A stretch of 64,000 nucleotides of DNA from Eledone cirrhosa (Eukaryota): positions 94,612,001-94,676,000 of the forward strand of contig OZ024745.1 of the NCBI GenBank assembly GCA_964016885.1, given 5' to 3'. Under the pieces are notes generated by a model. That model saw nothing but the letters and a program-made list of their open reading frames with translations. It was not told the origin of the DNA and searched no databases. This document shows positions 12,821-26,247 of this stretch, piece by piece. The first letter of the stretch is position 1, and every line of letters begins with the position of its first letter. The translations under genes and the position numbers were made by a program.

Positions 12821-13121
12821 GTGAGAGAGGAGAAGAAGGAGGAGAGGAAGGGAGCACCGGCTCTTTGAGCTCCTGAGGAGGAGGGTTGCACATTTTTTTC
12901 GGGGGTGAGTGCGACCACCCTAATGAGGACTTCGATTGTTGAATTTGATTTGTTATATGTTTTTACACGTCCTTTGAAATGTATGTAAACTCCCCCACCC
13001 TTGTATTTGTCCCAATCTTTGATGCCCTGGTGGCAAATAAATAGAAAGTTATCTATGTATCTATCTATCTATCTATATCTATATATCTATATCTATATCT
13101 CTCTTTCTCTCTCTCTCTCTC

Positions 13122-13200
<79 letters not shown>

Positions 13201-14269
13201 AGAGAGAGAGAGAAATATGTAAAAGAGACACACCTACACACTTTTATGTAGGAGCCTTACACATTCTTGATGTTATGGTTCAGTTCTTGAATGTGCAGAC
13301 CTGTGACCAAAGTCATTCCAGTTACAAAGGGCTTGTTTTCAAATCCTGCATTGTACATCTAGGATAACATTATCCAACGTGTTTCTTCATTTTAGGAATG
13401 TAGGGTATTTGCTTGATGGAGATTCGACTGCTTTTTCTATCTGATCGAGTTCTAATGGTAGCTCACGCTGTAACATATTGTAGTCGCGGTAGAGCCGTGG
13501 ATTAAATACATTGCAATAGTCAATTACGTTTGTCTATTTTCTAAGTTGTCATCCCATTTTACTACTGTCGATATAAATACAACGACTGATAACAAAGAAT
13601 AAAATAACTGATCATTTTATGTTTTATGTACAATTTCATGTTACAATTACTATAGATTCTAATGCAGTGTTTCCGCTGAAAGATTAATGAATTTAGGAAT
13701 GTGTGGTTGTTTTAATAGCGTCCAATATATTAATAGCGTAATTTCTTTGATCGTTAGATAAAAATAGTCAATCTTTAATTTGTTAATTAGAGCTATAGAA
13801 AGCAAAACTGATGATATTTTTGGAATCAACGTCCTAAATGCATCCTAGAATAGGCCTAATGTCTACGTTACTTACCCCTCCCACTGTTCCCTCGTAACCT
13901 CCGCCTTCTTCAAACCCACCGACTCCCACTCCTACCTCGACTTCACCTCCTCCCACCTTACACACACCAAACAACCCTACTTCCAACGCCACCAGATATG
14001 CCGCCTCTGCAGCCGAGATGCTGACTTCGAGACTCAGGCCCTGTCTCTGGTCAGGCATTTCATCCAGAGAGCCCCCCCCCCCCTCTCCCTCGTCCACGCC
14101 GCCCTCACTCGCGCCCACGCAGTCCGCCTCTCTACCACCTTCACCCAACGCCCTGACTCCTTAATCCACCGTTTCCCCACCCCGCCCACCGCAACATCCA
14201 CCGCCTCTTCCGACGCCTCCAGTCCAACCCATCCACCTCCCCCATCTTTCCACCCACCCCTCACCTCCT

Positions 14270-14720
14270 TCAAACGCGCGCGCAACCTCCGCAACCTCCT
14301 CGTCCGCAGCTCCCTACCCCCAACCACCGCCCCCCCCTCCGGTTCCCTTCCCTGCTCCAGATCCCGCTGCCACACCTGCCCCCTCATTACCAACACCACC
14401 ACCTTCCAAGGTCTCAACGGCCACTCTCTCTCTGTCCGGCTTGCCTTCCACTGCACCTACTCCAACCTCACAGAGTGCAGAGCAACCTATGTCGGACAGA
14501 CCGGACGTCGCCTGGCGGATCGGTTCACGGAGTACCTCCGAGATATTCGTCTCGGCGGGAGTTCCTCCATCGCCCGCCACTTTGTTTCCCCTGGACACTC
14601 CTCCAACAACCTCACCACCGTCTGTGGCCTGATCGAGTGCCATCAGACCCCCGCAACCCACGTTAGGGCCGAAAAACACACCATCTTCACCCTACAGACC
14701 CACACCCGCCCACCCGTCTT
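14270..14720 (+). pseudogene. PLE Cys-linker + GIY-YIG endonuclease remnant
   Basis: My translation: FKRARNLRNLLVRSSLP..PCSRSRCHTCPLI..FHCTYSNL..YVGQTGRRLADRFTEYLRDI..IARHFVSPGHS. Confidence 0.8.
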
Positions 14721-16250
14721 CCTTTAGCCTCGACCGTCCCTCTCCCCCTCCCCTACACACACCCGCTACTAACACCACTAAAACACACACCTCCACTTCC
14801 AGCCACCCCCACCCCTTTGGTCCATCCCACAACTAATAATACTAACAACCCCCACCCCTCCCCCTATCACACGTGCACCCACACACTCAACACGCACACA
14901 CACACACCAGTACATACATACACTCACTCAAACAACTACCACAAACCCCCTCCGACACATCCACATCCGACCACCCCAGCACTAATAATACTAACCCCCC
15001 CCCAACCCACCTTGTCCCTCACCACACATACACACGAACACACAGCACATACATACACTCACCCACACTCACGTACACACCGATACACAGCCCACTCCAC
15101 ATCCGCACTACCACCACTAGCCCGCACCCACTCGCATTCGACACGCCCCACAACTAATAATACTAACACGCACCCTACCACACACACACACTCATACCGA
15201 AACACGCAAACACACACCAGTATATTACACTCACTCATACTGTACCCAGCATCTTTCACCCTCCGTACTACCCCCCCCCCCCCCACACACACATCCTACT
15301 AATACCTCCACTATTATACACACAACCCTCTCATACACACCGCCACCCTCTCCTTCAACTTTGCACACTAACCCACCTCCTCTCCTGTCCACCACACCTC
15401 CGCACACACATACACACATTCCACACACACATACAGACCATTCCTGCCAACTACCACTCGCCTCTCTGTCATTCTCCTAACTGTTATCTCCTCTCTCCAT
15501 CGCATATTTCGCCCTCCCTTCTGCCCCGCCTGCCTTGACCATCTTGACCACTTCCAACTGCGCGCTCCCCCCTCACACTCTCTACTTCCTCTGCATCATT
15601 CCACGGATTCTACACCACTGGTCACACTCTCCAGACATCCACATTTTTATACTCGGATTTTTTCACCATCTGTCCATACACTCACCGGGAAAACATTCAG
15701 GAACACACACACACACACACTTACACTATTTTCGCACACACGCAACCATACATTCCCACGTATCCACACCACACAAAAACACACACACACACACACAAGT
15801 GCTTATCCTCACATACATATACTCGGCCTCTGGACTCCGCAAGCCCCCCTCTCCCCCACCAATCTCCCCACCCCTCCGACCCCTTCTTCATCCACAGGCA
15901 CACGCACACACTGACTTACTCCCAACCTCATGTACGCACTGGTTTTCTTATTACCCGAACATGGAACCTCGTTCTTCCCCAAACTCTCACACTGACATCC
16001 ACACATACACACACACACACGTACACCTACAGACATACACACACACCACCTTCGGACACCCTGTTTCCTTCTCCCCTATCCCCCACCATCCACGCACCAC
16101 CACCTCTACACGCCTCACGCCCTTTCACCACTTGTTTTCATTAACATTTTTTTACCCTCATTTTAATTTTTTTTCCTTCCCTTTAATCCCCCCTTTAATG
16201 TCTTTCCACCACTCCCCCCACACCCTCGGAACTCTTTTCCTCCCACTTTT

Positions 16251-16281
16251 CTCCTGACGAAGGACTTATGCCTGAAACGTC
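16251..16281 (+). ncRNA. Minimal HHR core
   Basis: CTGACGA AGG ACTTATG CCT GAAA CG TC. The 3' strand of stem I does not pair well. Confidence 0.55.
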
Positions 16282-16598
16282 GTCCCCCACCGCCACTCTC
16301 AAGCCTGAACCTAATACCAACACTGTTTGTACTGCACTCTTCGTTATTGTTTTGTTCAACAGTTTTGCAAGAGATGTCAAAGATGAATGGACCTGTTATT
16401 TTTATCTAAAGACATTTTTTTCAGTTTCATCCCGCCCATCCCCTCAATTTTCTCTTTTACTCTATCTTATTTCTCATTCTTTCTTCCGATGAAGGTCTAG
16501 CGTCCGAAACGTTAACACCCTCTTCCTGCTATATCAAGCGTTAACCTAATATATACCTTCCATATACTGTACCAATTGTGTTGTTATTTCTGTTTACC

Positions 16599-16668
<70 letters not shown>

Positions 16669-16735
16669 ACACACACACACATATATATAGAAATAATAAA
16701 TGTGAAGACTAAAATCCAAAGAGGGCTCGATAAGG

Positions 16736-16817
<82 letters not shown>

Positions 16818-17062
16818 TTATATATGCATATATATACATATATATATATATACGTATATATATATATATATATACGTATATTTATATGCGCATATATATA
16901 TATATATATATATATCAGGATAGAACCAGTTTTAAACTAGTTAGACCATTACTCAACAGAATACTTGATACTTGGGGTAGTAGAGGGTGGCTATATTAGA
17001 AAGAGTAAAGCTGCAACTCGTTCTAATATATATCCATATATAAATATATCTTTTGTCGCATC

Positions 17063-17152
17063 ACTAGTCTGAGGAGCATATCGATACCGGAGTCGGGTCC
17101 ATAACTCCTATGGGTAACCTTGAGCCAATCCTCTGTGAAACGCGCGTAACAG
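17063..17152 (+). ncRNA. HHR-like motif with long stem II insert
   Basis: CTGAGGA GCA...TGT GAAA CGCGCG TA ACAG. Confidence 0.5.
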
Positions 17153-17211
17153 GTCGATATATAATAAATATCTTTCATATGTAAACGAAACTTCCTCGTT
17201 TTTTCTATATC

Positions 17212-17229
<18 letters not shown>

Positions 17230-17250
<21 letters not shown>

Positions 17251-17290
17251 CGGAGAAGATAGACGTGTTTTTGTTTCGCTCCTGCATTTT
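17230..17290 (+). mobile_element. 5' tip of the Tx1-like LINE, following (CTAT)n
   Basis: Same sequence as the LINE start at about 8378-8438 (cggagaagatagacgtgtttttgtttcgctcctgcatttt). Confidence 0.8.
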
Positions 17291-17299
17291 CTCTAAGTG

Positions 17300-18450
17300 T
17301 TGAAGATATAGCTAGTGAAGATGCTCTTGGAAAATTATGTGATATTTTGCTTCATATTAAAAGGCAAGTTATTCAATTGTTCATTCTGAATATTATTTAG
17401 TTAAGAATGACAAACCACACTCTGATCACCTTACGTTACTGGAAGCTGCAAAGATAAATGGCATTGCCATTGTATTTGGCCAACAACCCCACAATAACTT
17501 TATAGCATATCTAGCAGATAAATGGCCAAATATCATTGTTTTAAGCCTATTTTCCTAGCGATTTGAAACGAAAAAGCAATGAGAAAGGTGATCTCTACTT
17601 CATGGATTTAGACCTAATTGAACTGCCTTGTCAGACAGCAGCAGCTATTGCCAGGAATTTATTGTATTGTCTCATCAACAAGGGAAGTCAACCTGATGTG
17701 ATAACTGGTACTGATTTAATTCCAGATTAGGAGTCACGGTGGGTAATTCGGTGAGAGAATATGGATTTGATAATTTTCCATCATGTATAGATAAATTGCA
17801 TTCTATTTATTGTAGATCATCTCTAAATCATAAGAAACGATTTTGAGGTCTTTCTTAAACTGAACGACAAGTTATCATGATGGGTCGTGTTATAAGTACT
17901 TAGCTAATTCTTTTCTAACAGTTTCGGTGGTATAGAAAAAACTGAGAAGAATTGCGTTTTCAAGAAATGAAAGATGAAAGGTTTAGAAGTGGCTGAAAAA
18001 ATAATGCAGGATGAATGAAAACTTGGAAACACGGGGATTTATTGCAAAGACTCGTCAAAACAGTTTTTGTTGAAGTTTTCACGACACGTTACATGAATTT
18101 GGCTTATTATCAGAATATTTAGAGCAACATCGCACCACGATTATTGATGCTGACAAATTTATCCATTATTGTATGGATTGAACGAACAACCTAGTACAAA
18201 TATTGAAGGGACGCTAGAAAATAGTAAATTAATAACCAACAAAATTGACTTTATTAATCATCTTCCATGTGCTGTATTTATGACAACATTCTTGATAGAT
18301 TTTTTTAAAAATTAGACCAGCGACATGTTTGAATCTGTGCTAACTGAAATTGTTGTCCTTAATAAAGGTTTCTGCTCCGATGAATTGTCACCTAATTGTG
18401 GAGAAGCTGCCAAAATCATAATCACTGTAAAATAATTTTCAACGCTTTTC
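17300..18450 (+). pseudogene. Heavily decayed hAT-family (ZNF862-like) transposase relic
   Basis: Broken frames FMDLDLIELPCQTAAAIARNLLYCL, IDKLHSIYCRSSLN and RQVIMMGRVIST resemble hAT motifs; recognised from memory only. Confidence 0.5.
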
Positions 18451-19921
18451 TTCTTCGATGGGGAGAGCGGGAGAGACGGAGGCAGTGATAGTGGAAGGTT
18501 GGCTCTTTTGTGTTCCGACCTGGTATATATATGTGTATATAAGAGAGAAGGAGTCTAACGTTTTGCGTTATTTGTAATGTTATTTATGCATTTGTAATGT
18601 TATATACTTATGTATTTATATATAAGCCCGTACACTCCTAATCAAAATAGAAGTAAGGCACATGGTAAATTCTTGAATAATTTTTTCTTTGGTTGAAAAA
18701 ACATACAAGCTTTTCTACTGACAGTATATATTCTATAGACACTATGACTGCATAACAAAACAAATTAAACATTTTGTTCAGATATTACGTTGACAATCTT
18801 GGACGCCGCATCCCAAAAGATTTACACTAATTTCTGAGCTGTTTATAACTTATTCTTGTCCGTATTATTGGTATGAAAGGACATGCAATTTCATGAACTT
18901 GAAAACGATAACACAATCAAGAATCCTCATAAATCAAATATCACACGTATATTTATTCAAATATATGTACCTCCTCTTGTTCACATTACCCTAACTCATA
19001 TGTTACAGCATAGCTGAAGTTCAGTAGATGATTATAGGACAAAAGTTTCTTTAGATCTGCGAACACAAATTACGTGTAACCCTTGGTAGAAATTGCTGTG
19101 AATCTTCTCATTGTTGAAATTTGGTAATTAGGTAATTAAATCGGCAAAATACATGATTTGAAGTCTTCTTTATTTGCTTCATAATTATATTTTATGATAA
19201 TCAGTGAATGCATATTTTATAAGTTATTCTATATTTCATTTTATACACTGAAAAGAAAGATATGTATTTACTAGCACAATGATAAGTGGGTGCGACATAT
19301 ATAAAAGCGGAGATATAAGATATGGAAAATATATTGTCAGCTCCTAAACATTTGCGGAACAATTCAAATGTCATTGACTAATATGATTCATTGATACTTT
19401 AATCAGTAAGAACCTTAAAATTAGAATGGCAAAATGTTAAATCTTCGAATCAGTTCCAAAGAACACACTCATTAGCGTATGCAGAAATATCAACTCACTT
19501 GTTCAAAAGTAAAGAAATCTTCGCATGACCATGGCTAATTTTCAATTTCCGAAAATAGAGATGAAATACACATATAAGCACAGACACACATAAACACACA
19601 CACATACACACACACATACTCTCTCTCTCTCTCATATACACAAACATGCACTTACGCTTACACACACGTGAATATACACATATATATACTCAGACAGATA
19701 CATATATGTATGCATTTTTTTTCTCGACTAGAAAAATAAATCCAATAATCAGGAAACGACCCATGAACTATATGAATTATGTTCTATCGTTCCAATTGTT
19801 CTTTTAAGAGTGAACAAATAGAATCCAGGAAAACAATAATGATCTGCGTCGAGAGTAAATATTTAATAGAAAGATCTCACAAAGAGGTTTGACGTTTGTG
19901 TGCAGGGGCTTTCATCATTAT

Positions 19922-20160
19922 CTTCTTCTTCTTCTTCTTCTTCTTGAGAGGGTCGTGGGGGAAAAGTCCTTAAACACTCCATCCAGCAGGCCCTGTTAGA
20001 AGCAACCGTCTCCAACTGATCCCGGTGGATCCCCAAGCTAGACCAGCCAAGCTTATGGGTGTTATCTAACCACCTTGCTCGGAGTCGACCCTTTGGGCCT
20101 CCCGTCGGTTGGTTTTGTCCACAAAATCTGTCCAGCGATTCTTTCCCGAGACATTCTAAC
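19922..20160 (-). mobile_element. 3' end of an RTE-type LINE with (GAA)n tail
   Basis: PKGRLRARWLDN..LETVASNRACW..PPRPS followed by GAA repeats. Similar fragment at 41655-41810. Confidence 0.7.
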
Positions 20161-20228
20161 CACTTGAAGCTTTCATCACTATTCAAGTGTATGTATAGTC
20201 ATGTGTGTGAACATAACATTATTTATGT

Positions 20229-20602
20229 GGATTGGCAGTATCGGTAGAGGGTCGGACGCCATGCTTTCCAGCATAGTTACGTCCCTTTACGATCTGAGTT
20301 CAAATCCCGCCGAGGTTGACTTTGCCTTTCATCCTTACGGGGTCGATAAAATAAAGTACCAGTAATGCACTGGGTAATTGCTGGCCTTGTGCCTAAAGTA
20401 GAAACAATTATTTATGTGGATTGGCAGTATCGGTAGAAGGTCGGACGTCATGCTTTGACGCATAGAGTTACGGCCCTTTCCATTCTGAGTTCAAATCCCG
20501 CCGAGGTCAACTTTGCCTTTCATCCTTACAGGGTCGATAAAATAGAGTACCAGTAATGTACTGGTAAATTGCTGGCCTTGTGCCAACAGTAGAAACAATT
20601 AT
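20229..20602 (+). mobile_element. Two tandem family 1 SINEs
   Basis: Copies at 20229-20410 and 20418-20602, each with A/B boxes. Confidence 0.85.
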
Positions 20603-20640
20603 TTATTAACCTATATACAAGACTAATACTTAGTAGTGAA

Positions 20641-20938
20641 GGCGGGAGGCTTTGTGGTTAGGGTGTTCCGTTTACTTTCGTAAGGTCGTGAGTTCGATTC
20701 TCGGCAGCACGTTGTGTTCTTGAGCAAGACACTTTATTTCACGTTGCTTCCGTCCACTCAGCTGGCAAAAATGAGTTGTATCTTGTCACATTCTGTGTTA
20801 CGCTGAATCTTCCCGAGAACTACATTAAAGGTACCCGCATTTGTGGAATGCTCGGCCACTTGCATGTTAATTTCATGAGTAGGCTGTTCCGTTGATCGTA
20901 TCAACAGGAATACTCGTCGTCGTAACCGACGGAGAGCC
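20641..20938 (+). mobile_element. tRNA-derived SINE (family 2, CORE-like central domain)
   Basis: gtggttaggg A box, gagttcgattc B box, then gtgttcttgagcaagacactttatttcac. Confidence 0.8.
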
Positions 20939-21650
20939 ATTGCACTACTTAGTAAGGATGATCCATCAACAATGACATTCATCTTCACGTGTTTCTTTAG
21001 TCTGATGTTATCATTGTTGTTACTTTAGAAGAGTTGCAGTCCGCTCAAAGTGATCTTCGATAATTCCAGCAGACACCAATCTGTTCTTTATACAAGAATG
21101 TAGTTTGGAATGTATTTCTTTAAAGACGGTGTTCAGTGATGAGAGAGAGAGAGAGAGAATTGACTGGGCTTTTTTCTATCAGGTAAAAACATTGTCAATG
21201 GGACATCGCAGGTTCGATCTTTGTACGATTTCTGATAGAGGAAAATTTTCAGCATGAAATTTTAAACTCCGAAATGAGTAATCTTAAAGAAATTAAAAAC
21301 GAAATGGCATTTTTTCCCTTTTTTTTCTTCTTTTTACAAACTAACTTAATCTGAACTTAACTGACATCAGCCAACGCATATTGATTATCCCAAATCTCGC
21401 TGGAGCGCTGTTTTTGTTCATGGAGACATGTTTACAATGAGGCATTCCAAAGAAAATGACAAGTCTAATTAGAAAATAATACTCGAGGCTGAAAGAATTT
21501 TAATTGAATACCATTGAAAGTTACTACTGTTAGTAAAAATGTAATATTAATCATAATCTCTGTATTTGCCAAAAAACAAAACGGCACACGAGGAGACATT
21601 ACAGGGAAAATTATAAAACTACTGAAGATTATATAAAGAGAAATATATAT

Positions 21651-21716
<66 letters not shown>

Positions 21717-21726
21717 TATATATATA

Positions 21727-21792
<66 letters not shown>

Positions 21793-21796
21793 AATA

Positions 21797-21975
<179 letters not shown>

Positions 21976-22045
21976 GTATATTATATGTATATATATATGT
22001 GTATATATATATATTTATGTATATAGTTATATGTATTTATATGTG

Positions 22046-22117
<72 letters not shown>

Positions 22118-22153
22118 CATATATAGAGAGATAGATATATACATATATATTTG

Positions 22154-23066
22154 ATAATAGGAAATACGTTCCTTCACGCACAAGGCGCCAAGGTACGCAT
22201 GTATTGTCCAACCAAATGCCAGTGTGGTTCAATGGCGGGTTAATAAATTAACGAGCCAGAACAAATATAAACAAGGTTTAGTAAATAATGAAAAAGTTTC
22301 AAAGTAAATTTTAAAAAATTGACTTTACCTACTATAGTTACCTTTACCGATCGGTTTCGAATCCCAAAAATAAAACGGAGACCATACGGCCTTCGTTGCA
22401 AAGAAAGATTCTCGTCAGAAGGTTCTTTTCATTCGAAGAATATAAAATTCCTGAATTTAAATCACAAACTAGCGCTATCAAAACTGTTCCTGGGATGAGA
22501 GTGGATGATGTAGAACAGGTTTATCAAGGGCCGTAGCAAAGATAGAGGCAAAAGGAGGTAGGTCAAACTAGCCACAGCTATTGATAGCAGCAGTCAGGAC
22601 GACCAAATTTGTTCTCAACGTTAGTGGAGGTAGTAGTAATAGGAAATACGTTCCTTCACGCACAAGGCGCCAAGGTACGCATGTATTGTCCAACCAAATG
22701 CCAGTGTGGTTCAATGGCGGGTTAATAAATTAACGAGCCAGAACAAATATAAACAAGGTTTAGTAAATAATGAAAAAGTTTCAAAATATCTTTGCTACGG
22801 CCCTTGATAAACCTGTTCTACATCATCCACTCTCATCCCAGGAACAGTTTTGATAGCGCTAGTTTGTGATTTAAATTCAGGAATTTTATATTCTTTGAAT
22901 GAAAAGAACCTTCTGACGAGAATCTTTCTTTGCAACGAAGGCCGTATGGTCTCCGTTTTATTTTTGGGATTCGAAACCAATCGGTAAAGGTAACTATAGT
23001 AGGTAAAGTCAATTTTTTAAAATTTATTTTGAAACTTTTTCATTATTTACTAAACCTTGTTTATAT
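22154..23066 (-). mobile_element. Retrozyme-like family A, second locus: 1.3 units of 482 bp plus inverted arm
   Basis: taataggaaatacg occurs at 22155 and 22637; 22787-23066 is inverted. HHRs at 22340-22423 (-) and 22908-22991 (+). Homologous to the 50121 array. Confidence 0.85.
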
Positions 23067-23145
23067 ATATTTGATATATATTTCTCTTTATCGAGTCCTC
23101 TTTGGATTATAGCCTTCACATTTATTATTATTATTATTATTGCGA

Positions 23146-23511
23146 TGGATTGGCAGTATGGGTAGAGGGTCAGACGCCATGCTTTGCACCACAGTTACGT
23201 CCCTTTACGGACTGAGTTCAAATCCCGCCGAGGTTAACTTTGCCTTTCATCCTTACGGGGTCGATAAAATAAAGTACCAGTAATATACTGGGATAATTGC
23301 TGGCATTGTGCCAAAATAGAAACAATTATTAATAGCAGTATCGGTAGAGGGTCGGGTGCCATGTTTTTCAGCAAAGAGTTACGGCCTTTTACGGTCTCTG
23401 AGTTCAAATCCCGCCGAGGTTAACTTTGCCTTTCATCTTTACGGGTTCGATAAAATAAAGTACCAGTAATACACTGGAATAATTGCTGGCCTTGTGTCAA
23501 AAGTAGAAACA

Positions 23512-23574
<63 letters not shown>

Positions 23575-23762
23575 GGGCGGTGGATTGGCAGTATCGGTAG
23601 AGTGTTGGACGCCATGCTTTCTAGCATAGTTACGTCCCTTTACGATCTGAGTTCAAATCCCGCCGAGGTTGACTTTGCCTTTCATCCTTACGGAGTCGAT
23701 AAAATAAAGTACCAGTAATGCACTGGGTAATTGCTGGCCTTGTGCCTAACGTAGAAACAATT
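23146..23762 (+). mobile_element. Three tandem family 1 SINEs in (ATT)n/(TAA)n
   Basis: Copies at 23146-23330, 23335-23515 and 23577-23762. Confidence 0.85.
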
Positions 23763-23776
23763 ATTATTATTATTAT

Positions 23777-23853
<77 letters not shown>

Positions 23854-23864
23854 ATATATATATA

Positions 23865-24568
23865 TCTGTGTATATATATAAAGACGAAGCTTTCTGTATG
23901 TGTGTGTGTGGACAATTTTTAATGAGGGCTCATATATTCTAAACCATTCATGCGATTTCTTTGAAATTTTTTAACGAGCTTCTCCTTGCACAAAACCTGT
24001 ACGTGATCTACAAAGGCTTTCAAAAATCGATATTGGGGCCTTTGGAGAAATTAAAAACTTTCGGTTATGTGTGTGAATGTTCGTGATTAAGTTAGACAAG
24101 AGGTATGTTTAAGTAAGACAAGAGTTATCTTTCGTAATTCGGCTCATTCGGATTTTAATTTACTCTTTGCACTTGAAACAAAAGGTACGCTTCCGTGAGA
24201 CTAACAATATCATTTTGTACATTTTACAACCAGCAATTTCTAACAGATTACTAAGTTAAATTATAGATTTGACATTGTATAATTTATCGTTTCAAGCTTG
24301 ATGTTCATACATTAAGTGATGTCATAACTTTTACAATATTATGCTTTGTACATAATAGTGTCTATTATTCACTTAACTTCTCTATTTCATGATGCGCTTT
24401 TACTGTTGTCAAAAAAGATACCGAGCTCACATATTAATTATTTCGTGCCTAAGGTTTTCATGTTTACATAAAGTACGTTTTTCTTCTATGTATTCAAATT
24501 TACTTGTTTAGTTTAATGAGCTACATCGAAAGCTATTTGAACCGTCCAAAGGACGGGTAGTTTAGCTC

Positions 24569-24570
<2 letters not shown>
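23865..24570 (+). mobile_element. Possible non-autonomous Helitron-like element
   Basis: Starts tc..tatatatataaagacgaagc..ctgtatgtgtgtg and ends in a hairpin (ccgtcc aaa ggacgg) followed by tagtttagctcgt. Confidence 0.4.
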
Positions 24571-24625
<55 letters not shown>

Positions 24626-24664
24626 CATACATATATATTCCACACATACATATGTATATATATA

Positions 24665-24963
24665 TTATTAGAAATGTTAGCCATCGCCGTATTTTGACTA
24701 AAGAAATTAAAGAAATTATTTAGCCTGATAGTGGGGTTAAGAACCCTCGGAGAAATGGAAAAAGATGAGTATTGACGTACAAGGGTGATGTGTTGGTGTA
24801 AATGGTAGCACAGTGGTCCGAATAACCAAAGATGTGGGTTCGACTCCCATGTACGTCAATACTATCTTTTTCCATTTCTCTGAGGGTTCTTAACCCCACT
24901 ATCAGGCTAAATAATTTCTTTAATTTCTTTAGTCAATATACGGCGATTGCTAACATTTCTAAT
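24665..24963 (+). mobile_element. tRNA-headed short element with an inverted copy of its 3' part placed upstream
   Basis: 24665-24783 is the reverse complement of about 24848-24963, with a tRNA-like head between the arms. Confidence 0.7.
24786..24858 (+). pseudogene. tRNA-like sequence (73 nt), probably a SINE head or pseudo-tRNA
   Basis: Acceptor TGATGTG/TACGTCA, D arm GTG TAAATGGTAG CAC, arm TGGT CCGAATA ACCA, T arm GTGGG TTCGACT CCCAT. The anticodon loop lacks U33. Confidence 0.65.
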
Positions 24964-25060
24964 AATTTCAAATCAACTCGCTGTTTCGAAAATATTCTTA
25001 CTTGTATATATATATATATACATATACACATTACACACACACACACATATGTATATACAT

Positions 25061-25143
<83 letters not shown>

Positions 25144-25238
25144 TGACTGAACATGCACATGCTTTTTCTCAGAAAAATGTTTTTTAATTTCATTCTCTTT
25201 TTTCTCTTCCCTATATTTGTATTTTATTTCTCCTTTTA

Positions 25239-25274
25239 TCTTCTGATGAAGAATTAGTGTCTGAAACTTCCAGG
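25239..25274 (+). ncRNA. Minimal HHR-like motif
   Basis: CTGATGA AGA ATTAGTG TCT GAAA CT TC, the same layout as the 16254 motif. Confidence 0.5.
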
Positions 25275-26247
25275 CACTTTTCCTACTATATAGATATATT
25301 TTCTTTGACCCCCCCCCCCCCATTTATACATACACTCTCAAGAACTTACCTCTCTATCCAAAATTTCCAGGATTCTCACTTGCGAGGTGTAATTATACCC
25401 CAATCCCCTCACCACCCTCTTTTGGTCTTATTAACTTTATTATGGTATTGCATCACTCACAATAAAGCGCCATCATTTAATCAATCTCTCCCATTACAAA
25501 AAATCATCCTCATTTGTAAAATACACCACTATTTTATTACTTTTTAAATTTCATCACATGTGGCACTAAGATCATTTCTATCTGACTATCACGGCAAACC
25601 CCAATATCATTTCTATCTGACCATCACAACAAAACCTCAATATCATTCTCACTCCATCTTCACTTCCCCAATCATCAAAAAATGAAAATTTTCTTCTTTT
25701 AATTTATTAATGTTTTAATATTTTATTTATATTACACCCTTTTATCTGTACATCCACTCTTACACCGCTCTTCTCCCAGAACCCCCAGACGCCCTATCTT
25801 CTCTCTCTCTCTATCTCTCTCTGTCTGTCTCTCTCTCTCTCTCTCTCGCTCTCTCTCTTCAACACAACAGGCTACTTTGAAAATGCGAGAAAGTTCCCCA
25901 GATAGTTAACAAGGACTTATCAGAATTAATATCAATAACGACTTATTGTAAAGGTTTGAATTATTAAAGAACATTAACTACCAGGGAAACCATTCTTCCC
26001 ATCTAGTGTAGTGAATTTCGTAAACCAAATTCATATCCAACGTTGTCAGTACACTAGTGCAGTCAGTCCGAGGAGGAGTTGTAATATACAAAATATAGTT
26101 AAATTCATACATTCATGTGTCGAATACGCACGTTTCACTGAGGAAATTTTTTAGCTCGTTAGTTCGACATCGAACAAACGAAACGCGAAACGCGCGTATT
26201 CCACAGATGAAGATATTGTGAACTTAACCAAATTATATATATATATA

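Larger units (their letters stand above)
8376..13050 (+). mobile_element. Near full-length decayed L1/Tx1-clade non-LTR retrotransposon in (CTAT)n
   Basis: 5' UTR, ORF1 with zinc knuckle, and ORF2 with APE, RT and CCHC remnants. The 3' end aataaa runs into ctatctat, and (CTAT)n lies on both sides. Confidence 0.9.
13860..16600 (+). mobile_element. 5'-truncated Penelope-like element (Neptune-type linker) with long C/A-rich 3' region
   Basis: GIY-YIG remnant at about 14270-14720 and two minimal HHR motifs (cores at 16254 and 16486). Ends in (CA)n. Confidence 0.7.

Noticed and set aside
24786-24858. Functional tRNA-Phe(GAA) gene
   Set aside because: The anticodon loop is CCGAATA (no U33 or purine 37), the acceptor stem has several G-U pairs, and the sequence sits in a repeat.
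26100-26230. HHR at GAAA CGCGCG TA (about 26187) and similar half motifs at about 4940 and 40343
   Set aside because: Only the 3' half is convincing; I could not pair a core and stem I, so they are not called.
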